Assembly (NCBI GenBank): GCA_965238275.1
Contig: OZ250186.1
Coordinates: forward strand, 192,001-256,000
Reading direction: 5' to 3'
Length of the DNA stretch: 64,000 bases
Source of the DNA: Nitrosopumilus sp.
GTDB taxonomy: Archaea; Thermoproteota; Nitrososphaeria; Nitrososphaerales; Nitrosopumilaceae
Shown here: one piece after another, positions 1 through 7,300 of the stretch
Numbering within the stretch: position 1 is the stretch's first letter
How the letters are laid out: each line of letters opens with the position of its first letter
Program-made: the position numbers and the translations under genes
The notes under the pieces: model-generated
Seen by the model: only the letters and a program-made list of their open reading frames with translations
Told to the model about the DNA's origin: nothing
Database searches by the model: none

Positions 1-1616
1 GCAGGCAGCCGAGCATGCCTCGCAGCTAAGGGAGGCGCGCGCGGCCAACTCGGCGCTGGCAGCCGAGAACCTGGGCATCAAAAGCCGCCGCTCCAAGAGG
101 CGGCTCCGGGAGTCGCCCGGGCCTGCGCCGGACCCGTTCAGGAAGGTCGTCTGCCTGCGCACCGGCCGGAACCCTCCCCCGATATCTGAAAAGAGGCTGG
201 TCGACCTGCACTCCTGCCCGCACGGCCACGCCCTCTCGACGGGGCCCACCGAGGTGACCTTCCGGGTAGTCGAGGAGATCATCGACGGGAAACTGACTGC
301 CATCCAATATACAGTCGTCCGCAGGTACTGCAGGGAATGCGGCAGGCAGTTTGCCCCCGAGATCCCCGGGGTCGTCCCAGGGGGGCGGTTCGGTGCCAGC
401 CTGACGTGCCTGGAGACTACCATGAGGATGCACGGCATCCCCTACGGCATCATCTGCAGTCTGATCAACATAATCCACCACGCAGGCCTTGCCAAGTCGA
501 CAGTCATCAGCCACGTGGACGCCGTTACGGGATCCCTCCACCCCCTCTACGAGGAGATGCTCGGGGAGATATTCTTCTCAGAGCATGTCTTTGGCGACGA
601 GACGAGCTGGAAGATAGCCGGGATACTGTACTGGCTGTGGGTGCTGGTAGGTGACGACTCGACTGTCTTTCACGTGGACAAGAGCCGGGGAGGCGACGTC
701 CTGGTGTCGCTGCTTGGAGGGTACGGCGGCCACGTCACCTCCGACTCCCACGCCCCGTGGAACCGCATCGGCAAGACCCACCAAAAGTGCCACTACCACT
801 ACCTCCGCGAGATCCTCCGCACCCTGACCATGAAATCCCCCGGACCCGAATTCAAAAAGTTTGCCAAGGCCCTGAAGGGGATAATCATCGATTCATGGTA
901 CCCGGACAAGGGGCTTGACCCGGACGACGACGGGGCCGCGCGAAACCTCAAGGTGCGCAACCTCCAGGCCCGGGTGAGGCGCCTGATCTCTGGCAGCTAC
1001 ACAGACGCCCACTGCAAGAGGTTTGTCAAGCGGCTGCGGCGCGAGATCACCCACCTGTTCCCATTCATCCGCCTCAACACAAAGTGCCATAACAACGATG
1101 CCGAGCGTCCCCTGCGGCCCAGCGTCGCATCCCGGAAGGTCTCAGGCGGCAGCAAGAGCCTTGCCGGCGCATACAACCACGCCGTCCTGGCCACCGTCCG
1201 CGAGACGTGCAGGAGGCGCGGAGTCAACCCGCACGACTTTTTGGTCGACTACATGCACGGCCTCGTCGAAAAAATTCCGGCAGCAGCAGCAACAGTCGCA
1301 TAAATCCTGCAAAATCCACTCCCTGACTGCCCCACGCAGACCCGTCGCGCCGGCAGTCTGGCGCATGTCAGGCTGCCGTACCGGCTGTCACCCGATCCCG
1401 GCACAACTCAGCGCCCCGGCCGCGCCAAAAAAGGCCACTTCGCAAACCCGATCACCGGATCGGCCAAAACATAACTCGGCCGGACCCTCCTCCCCGCCCG
1501 GAAAAAACCCAGAATAATGCCAATTAAATGGGCATTTACAGCCGAAAACGTAGCTCGGTTGGTAATTAATCGGGGCAAATCAGGCATGGAATCGCTTCGC
1601 AAAGGCGACCTCTTAC
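1..1616 (+). mobile_element. IS66-family insertion sequence, left part outside window; right end ...GCAAAGGCGACCTCTTAC
   Basis: Contains an IS66-type transposase. Ends in TTAC (1613-1616; IS66 ends are GTAA...TTAC) exactly where homology to tnpB begins at 1617. Confidence 0.8.
2..1303 (+). CDS. IS66-family DDE transposase (5' truncated by window edge)
   Basis: Frame is open from base 2 (QAAEHASQLREARAANSALAAEN coiled coil, CPHG...CREC zinc finger). Motifs GDETSW, SDSH, QKCHYHYLRE and NNDAERPLR are typical of IS66 TnpC. Confidence 0.9.
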   Translation, partial: QAAEHASQLREARAANSALAAENLGIKSRRSKRRLRESPGPAPDPFRKVVCLRTGRNPPPISEKRLVDLHSCPHGHALSTGPTEVTFRVVEEIIDGKLTAIQYTVVRRYCRECGRQFAPEIPGVVPGGRFGASLTCLETTMRMHGIPYGIICSLINIIHHAGLAKSTVISHVDAVTGSLHPLYEEMLGEIFFSEHVFGDETSWKIAGILYWLWVLVGDDSTVFHVDKSRGGDVLVSLLGGYGGHVTSDSHAPWNRIGKTHQKCHYHYLREILRTLTMKSPGPEFKKFAKALKGIIIDSWYPDKGLDPDDDGAARNLKVRNLQARVRRLISGSYTDAHCKRFVKRLRREITHLFPFIRLNTKCHNNDAERPLRPSVASRKVSGGSKSLAGAYNHAVLATVRETCRRRGVNPHDFLVDYMHGLVEKIPAAAATVA

Positions 1617-2028
1617 AAAGAAAGGCGGAATTTCAAGACGCGTGGAACACGCACATACAAGCCAGAGATGCGCTGCCTGCGGGGTAGTGGACAAGAAATC
1701 CAGGAACGGCGAATCATTTGTCTGCGTCTCATGCGGATGGTGCCACCATGCCGACAAGAACGCGGCAAAAAACATTTTGGATAATGACTGTCTCCATACG
1801 GAGGAGACTGGCGGCCAAGCCCACGGGAATCGTGGAGGCACCATTGCAGGTGTCGAGGTCGTCACAAGGCGCGAGGATCACGGATCGGATGGTTCTGGAA
1901 TGAACAATTCGACAGGTCGGCTTGGATCCGACAACGACGACAATATTGGAAGGTCTGACAGAGCGCCGGAAAGAGCATCAGGACATGCTACAGAGAGATC
2001 TGTTTGCACGAATTTTCGCTCGCCGCTA
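1617..2028 (+). pseudogene. tnpB: 3' remnant of a second tnpB element copy (Zn finger, RuvC-III, omegaRNA region, right end), interrupted by IS66
   Basis: Near-identical to 5653-6108 (HTSQRCAAC...CVSC...HADKNAAKNI). Homology stops at CGCCGCTATA (2021-2030). Confidence 0.88.
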
Positions 2029-2057
2029 TAGCAGGAATTTCATGTGACGTATGATGA

Positions 2058-2426
2058 TTGCAGGTTGGTGTGCAGGAAAACAGGACATGCAAGAACATTT
2101 GCCAAGAGGTTTGTGGTATAAAAAAAACGGGCACATGGTGGAAGGCACAGCTCAGATCAGGCAAGATCCAAGGCATGCGGAATCTGGACAGATCATCCCG
2201 GGGCACAAAATACGGTGCGGCTGTAACAGAGAATTTGGCAGGATGGCTCTGTAACTGCTGCAGCACATGGTCATGCAGAATCCACGCGACAAGGAACACA
2301 GGAAAAGTTCAGAGGGATAAAATGATGATGACGGTGCAGAAAAATCCAAAACCCATGTTTTTCGGAACGTGGTATTTTCCCATTCTGCAGTATTTGGGAA
2401 GACAAAACATGCACATTCCATTTTGA
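2058..2426 (+). pseudogene. possible highly decayed tnpB-like remnant
   Basis: Weak resemblance of KKTGTWWKAQLRSGKIQ and TKYGAAVTENLAG to the TnpB segment before the RuvC-II glutamate. No intact ORF. Confidence 0.25.
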
Positions 2427-2567
2427 GCGGTTCCATGGAATGCGCGTTAAAAGGCATGCCCAGAGATGCAGCGGGAGGCACCTAGGGATCCAGAGGGCAG
2501 GATGGGTTACAGTATATGGCATTTTCCTGCAGGCATACCATCACGCACAGAACCCAGATTATAATGA

Positions 2568-2687
2568 AATGCCAGCACTGTTGCTTCCCAAGGGCTCTCG
2601 CATCTTAGTAGCACAACAGCGACATCAGGTTTGACTTCCAAGTTCGGAATGGGATTGGGTCGCACCCTGACGCTATGGCCGGCTTGA
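2568..2687 (-). rRNA. rrf: 5S rRNA (stand-alone, ends approximate)
   Basis: Reverse complement reads GCCGGCCATAGCGTCAGGGTGCGACCCAATCCCATTCCGAACTTGGAAGTCAAACC...GGGAAGCAACAGTGCTGGC, with the conserved CCCATTCCGAAC loop and terminal helix. Confidence 0.93.
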
Positions 2688-2789
2688 CTATCAACGCCAA
2701 ACCCTCATCTATTAACGTAACGCCTGACCACGTGCAGGGAACAGTCGTCTCAAAGTAGGTATAAACAAAGGTGCCATCAATACCACACC

Positions 2790-4598
2790 ATGACCCACCG
2801 CGTTGCAGTGCTTGACAAGGAGCTGTGCATGCCAAGAAAGTGCGGCCTGGAGTGCATAAAGTACTGCCCGGTCAACAAGTCAGGCGCAGACTGCATAGCA
2901 CTTGACGAGGAGACAAAGAAGGCCAGAATAGACGAGGACATCTGCAACGGCTGTGGCATATGCGTCAAGGTCTGCCCGTTTGATGCAATCACCATAGTAA
3001 ACCTGGCAACAGAGCTTGCAACAGACAAGATCCACCAGTACGGCCCCAACTCGTTCAGGCTTTACAGGCTTCCTGCACCAAAGAAGGGCCAGGTCGTCGG
3101 ACTCTTGGGAAGAAACGGGATGGGAAAGAGCACAGTCATCAACATACTCTCCGGCAGCATAAAGCCGAACCTTGGAAGGTACGAGGATCCCCCGGAATGG
3201 GACGAGATTCTGAAATATTACAGCGGAACCGAATTAAAACACCACTTTGAGATGATCATGCAAAAGCAGATCCGCGCCTCAATGAAGCCCCAGCAGGTAC
3301 ACAGCATAGCGCAGGCCTTTGGCGGGACCGGAAGGGAGCTGCTGGACAGGTACGACCAGAGGGGCGTGTCGCGTGAGATGGTAAGGGAGCTGGGCCTGCA
3401 AAACTCCATGGAGCAGCCGTTGGCTGAGCTCAGTGGGGGGGAGCTTCAGAGGCTGGCAGTGGCAGCAGCAGCCTCCCGGGATGCCGAGTTTTACTTTTTT
3501 GACGAGCCGTCCTCGTACAACGACGTATTCCAGAGGACGTCGGTGGCCCGCGTGATACAGGGGCTGGCAGACATTGGAAGGAGCGTGATGGTAGTCGAGC
3601 ACGACCTTACCCTGCTTGATTTCCTGAGCGACCAGATAGAGGTGCTGTACGGGGAGCCTGCAGCATACGGGATAGTCTCAAGCGTTCTTTCAACCAAGGT
3701 CGGAATCAACGTGTTCCTTGACGGGTACCTGCCGGGAGAAAACGTCAGGTTCAGGGACAAAAAGTTCTCCTTTGATGCATCTTCCTCATCGACTGACATA
3801 TTCCAGGAGGGAAGCGACACAGTCTCGTACCCCGGCATCACCAAGAGTTATCCCTCGTTTTCAGTGGCAGTAGAGCCGGGACGGGTGCGAAAGGGCGAGG
3901 TCCTAGGGATAATGGGCGCAAACGCCCTTGGCAAGACGACCATGATGAAGATGATTGCAGGTAATGTGGAGCCGGATACTGGCAGCATCAAACAGAACGT
4001 AAAGATAGCATACAAGCCGCAGTACCTGCAGGGCGACATTCCAGCAGAGGTGGTTACCGTGCTTGAGAGGGCAAACGGCGCCTCCATAGAGGGTAGTGCC
4101 GAAGAGGAGCAGATTCTGGAACCGCTAAAGATCAAAAAACTCTACAACAAGCAGGTAAGATCCCTGTCCGGAGGAGAGCTGCAAAAGGTTGCAGTGGCAT
4201 CGTGCCTGTTGCAGAAGGTGGACCTGTATGCGCTTGATGAGCCGTCTGCATTCCTGGACGTGGAGGACAGGATCGCAGTGGCAAAGTTCCTGCAAAAGTT
4301 CGTCCGCTCGTTTGGCAAGTCGGCAATAGTGATAGACCATGACCTGCAGCTGATGGACCTAATCTCGGACAGCATGGTGATATTTGAGGGGGAGTCTGGT
4401 GTGGCAGGCCATGCCACCTCCCCCATGCCAAAGGCTGCGGCCATGAACAGGTTTCTCAAATCCCTGGAGATCTCCTTTAGAAGGGACGAGAGAAGCCTCA
4501 GGCCCCGCGTAAACAAGGCTGGAAGCAGGCTGGACAAGAGCCAAAAGTCATCAGGCGACTTTTACTATAGTGAAAAGCGAAAGTCCGTGCAATTTTGA
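2790..4598 (+). CDS. rli1: ABCE1/RLI1 ribosome recycling ATPase (last codons supplied by inserted element)
   Basis: N-terminal Fe-S cysteines (CxxxxCxxxCxxxCP; CxxCxxCxxxCP) and two ABC domains (GRNGMGKST, LSGGELQR; GANALGKTT, LSGGELQK). Confidence 0.97.
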   Translation: MTHRVAVLDKELCMPRKCGLECIKYCPVNKSGADCIALDEETKKARIDEDICNGCGICVKVCPFDAITIVNLATELATDKIHQYGPNSFRLYRLPAPKKGQVVGLLGRNGMGKSTVINILSGSIKPNLGRYEDPPEWDEILKYYSGTELKHHFEMIMQKQIRASMKPQQVHSIAQAFGGTGRELLDRYDQRGVSREMVRELGLQNSMEQPLAELSGGELQRLAVAAAASRDAEFYFFDEPSSYNDVFQRTSVARVIQGLADIGRSVMVVEHDLTLLDFLSDQIEVLYGEPAAYGIVSSVLSTKVGINVFLDGYLPGENVRFRDKKFSFDASSSSTDIFQEGSDTVSYPGITKSYPSFSVAVEPGRVRKGEVLGIMGANALGKTTMMKMIAGNVEPDTGSIKQNVKIAYKPQYLQGDIPAEVVTVLERANGASIEGSAEEEQILEPLKIKKLYNKQVRSLSGGELQKVAVASCLLQKVDLYALDEPSAFLDVEDRIAVAKFLQKFVRSFGKSAIVIDHDLQLMDLISDSMVIFEGESGVAGHATSPMPKAAAMNRFLKSLEISFRRDERSLRPRVNKAGSRLDKSQKSSGDFYYSEKRKSVQF

Positions 4599-4633
4599 GA
4601 TCCTTTTTAAGAAAATAAATCCCAACTACAGGT

Positions 4634-5995
4634 ATGATTGTCAGCAAAATCATCAAGATAACACAATCTCGGGAACTATCACGCAAGATCGTGAAGTGTT
4701 CCCGGGAAACTGACATCGTTTACGACATGACAATCATGATGAAACTTGCACATCCCAGAATCACGCAGTTTGACATCAACAACCTGATAACGAGATGGCG
4801 CAGGGAATTCAGCCTGACCAGCAGCGTCTGCATGCATGAGGCCGCCTCAAAACATGCTTTCCAGGCGGCAGTCAAATTCGGCAAGGCAAACCGGCTCAAG
4901 CACAACAAGCGCATCTGGCGCAAGAAACAGATCAAGATGGGGAAAAAGAAAACGTACAGGCACAATCGGTGGACCGAGCCGTCCGGCCTGATGAGGCGCG
5001 GCAGGAAAACAACCAGGCTGCGCTCGCTGAATTCACGCGGAAAGCCAAAACTGCGAGACAGCGGAGCCGTATTTCTGCCCGGACTCGGGGAAGTAAGGCC
5101 GCGCACGAGGGTTCCAGAAGGTAGACTGGTGTCATTCCAGATGGTTGATATCACAGGCAAAATCACGCGCAAGACCAAGGATGGTGATCGCGAATTCAAA
5201 CTGCATTTGCAGACAGAAGTCCCAGATACCGAACCCGCTACAGGCGGATGCAAGGCGGGGCTGGATCTTGGAGTCAGGCACCTTGCGGCAGTCGCAGACG
5301 AGGACGGGAACGAAAAACTGTACAATGTCCCGGGAGGCTGCAAGAGGCATGACGGCGACAGGATTGATCATCTGAAATCGCTCAGATCAAGATGCCAGAC
5401 AGGCTCCAGAAGATGGAAAGAGATCGGACGCAAGATAGCGCATGAATTGAAAAAGACATCAAACAGGCAAAAACACAACGAGATAGGCATTGCCCGTCGG
5501 ATAACAAAAGGACTGTCCGTATTGTTCTTGGAAGACCTGGATTTGACCAAGATGAGGAGATCCAACGGAGCAGCCTCAAAGACTGGGCTGAACCGCGAGA
5601 TGGCCTATTCCAGAATGGGCGAGTTCAGGATCCAGTTTGAATGGCAGATGAAAAAGAAAGGTGGAATTACAAAACGCGTGGAATCCGCACATACAAGCCA
5701 GAGATGCGCTGCCTGCCAAATAGTGGATAAAAAGTCCAGAAACGGCGAATCATTTGTCTGCACCTCATGCGGATGGTGCCACCATGCCGACAAGAACGCG
5801 GCAAAAAATATTTTTGATAGTGACTGTCTCCATACGGAGGAGACTGGCGGTCAAGCCCACGTGAATCGTGGAGGCACCATACGAGAAGATCAGGGAGGAG
5901 GTAAGAAAATCGTGGAGGCACCATTGCAGGTGTCGAGGTCGTCACAAGGCGCGAGGATCACGGATCGGGTAGTTCTGGAATGGACGACTCGATAG
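4634..5995 (+). CDS. tnpB: TnpB RNA-guided endonuclease (RuvC triad apparently intact)
   Basis: RuvC-I GLDLGVRHLA, RuvC-II VLFLEDLDL, zinc finger CAAC...CTSC, RuvC-III HADKNAAKNI. No tnpA adjacent. Confidence 0.93.
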   Translation: MIVSKIIKITQSRELSRKIVKCSRETDIVYDMTIMMKLAHPRITQFDINNLITRWRREFSLTSSVCMHEAASKHAFQAAVKFGKANRLKHNKRIWRKKQIKMGKKKTYRHNRWTEPSGLMRRGRKTTRLRSLNSRGKPKLRDSGAVFLPGLGEVRPRTRVPEGRLVSFQMVDITGKITRKTKDGDREFKLHLQTEVPDTEPATGGCKAGLDLGVRHLAAVADEDGNEKLYNVPGGCKRHDGDRIDHLKSLRSRCQTGSRRWKEIGRKIAHELKKTSNRQKHNEIGIARRITKGLSVLFLEDLDLTKMRRSNGAASKTGLNREMAYSRMGEFRIQFEWQMKKKGGITKRVESAHTSQRCAACQIVDKKSRNGESFVCTSCGWCHHADKNAAKNIFDSDCLHTEETGGQAHVNRGGTIREDQGGGKKIVEAPLQVSRSSQGARITDRVVLEWTTR

Positions 5996-6108
5996 GTCGG
6001 CTTGGACCCGACAGCGACGACAATATTGGAAGGTCTGACAGAGCGCCGGAAAGAGCACCAGGACATGCTACAGAGAAATCTGTTTGTACGAACTTTTGCT
6101 CGCCGCTA
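5830..6108 (+). ncRNA. putative TnpB omegaRNA/reRNA scaffold (5' boundary uncertain)
   Basis: Region after RuvC-III is conserved between both copies to the right end although the reading frames differ. Hairpins GTCGG...CCGAC and ACAGA-GNRA-TCTGT (GAAA at 6075-6078, GAGA in the other copy). Confidence 0.6.
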
Positions 6109-6209
6109 TACAAGTGATTTACGGTGCCTCTTGTGCGGAACGGAAATCAGGACGCAATTGATCATGACCATGCCCGGAACAGGCCGCATCAGGGCAATAG
6201 CAATACCTG

Positions 6210-6809
6210 TTGAAGCATTCGGCCACAAGAGGCTCATGCGATGAACATCAAGAGGGTCATTTTTGGCCGTTATGCAATTCTGCAAATGGGTCTACTGGCA
6301 GCATCACAGATATAGAACATGCACGCAAGTGTGAGAAATTGGGAAACAACGAGTATACGCCTGACGTAAAAAAGGGCATGGAGCTGGCCGAAAGGTGGGA
6401 ATATCGCAAGGCGGCCAGGTGTTTTGAGAGGGAGATAAGGCGTAATCCTGAAAATTATACTGCGTATATAAACGGCGTTCTGATATTGTTTCGGAGTGGG
6501 CAGTACAACAAGGCACTCAGATATGCCAACAGGTCAATAGAGATAGCCCCGGCCGAATCCATGGCACATCTCAACAAGGGAGCGCTGCTCAGCGAGGTTG
6601 ATGACCATGATGGCGCAATCAGGTGTTTTGACGAGGCAATAAGACTGGATACATACGGATGGGCCGGGTATTTTAACAGGGGCATGTCGCTGATGGAACT
6701 GGGAAGGGATAAAGAGGCAGTAGAGTGTTTCGATAAGGTTCTAGAGTTGGATCCTGGCAATGAAATTGCATTCGCCAGCAGGGCAGAGCTATTGGAGAAA
6801 AATGGATAG
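6210..6809 (+). CDS. tetratricopeptide repeat protein (start uncertain)
   Basis: About four TPR units, e.g. AHLNKGALLSEVDDHDGAIRCFDEAIRLD and YFNRGMSLMELGRDKEAVECFDKVLELDP. Confidence 0.85.
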   Translation: MKHSATRGSCDEHQEGHFWPLCNSANGSTGSITDIEHARKCEKLGNNEYTPDVKKGMELAERWEYRKAARCFEREIRRNPENYTAYINGVLILFRSGQYNKALRYANRSIEIAPAESMAHLNKGALLSEVDDHDGAIRCFDEAIRLDTYGWAGYFNRGMSLMELGRDKEAVECFDKVLELDPGNEIAFASRAELLEKNG

Positions 6810-7033
6810 CGTGGCAAGGCGACCAAATCCTTGGACAAGGTGAACAATTTAGAACCGGATGACTATGCTGCGTAGTGCCGGACATGTTGTTTCGCTCATT
6901 TTTTCATTTGGGTTGCATACAGGTACCAGTTGTTCATCTTGAAGCCACGCCGGAAAGGATAGTAAGGGTGCCTTGTTGCAAAAATTCCCGGCATCAAATG
7001 AGTGAAACATTGTGTCTGGCACTGCATGCAGTA

Positions 7034-7145
7034 TTACGTATCAACGCTGTCCGGGTCAATCTGCAGTGACGCATCAAGGCACCTTACTGCCTCCAGATAC
7101 ATTTCAAGGGAGCAGATGCAGTAGCCTGTGTTGTGGTATGCATGC
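7034..7145 (-). pseudogene. detached TPR repeat fragment downstream of the large TPR gene
   Basis: AYHNTGYCICSLEMYLEAVRCLDASLQIDPDSVD matches the repeat consensus of 7301-9757. Confidence 0.55.
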
Positions 7146-7300
7146 GTGTGTGTAACTGATCGGGATTTTGAAGTTAAATTTAGCCAATTGGTACATTGCC
7201 GGAAAAACCGTGTCGTTGTGCCTGACAGGCTGCTGCTGCAGCAGCAGCAGCACATGACGGCACGACATGGTTTGTCAGGCACCGGCCCTGCAGGTAGGCA

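Larger units (their letters stand above)
4568..6108 (+). mobile_element. non-autonomous tnpB element with imperfect terminal inverted repeats, flanked by TA on both sides
   Basis: Left TATAGTGAAAAGCGAAAGTCCGTGCAA (4566-4592) vs reverse complement of right end TATAGCGGCGAGCAAAAGTTCGTACAA (6110-6084): 20/27 identical. Removing 4568-6110 restores the ABCE1 end TAC TAC AAG TGA. Confidence 0.82.

Noticed and set aside
1536-1539. Alternative IS66 right end at an earlier TTAC
   Set aside because: tnpB homology starts precisely after the TTAC at 1613-1616, which is the better boundary.
6002-6244. 80-aa ORF downstream of tnpB
   Set aside because: Crosses the element's right end into host sequence and overlaps the predicted omegaRNA; TTG start, no motif.
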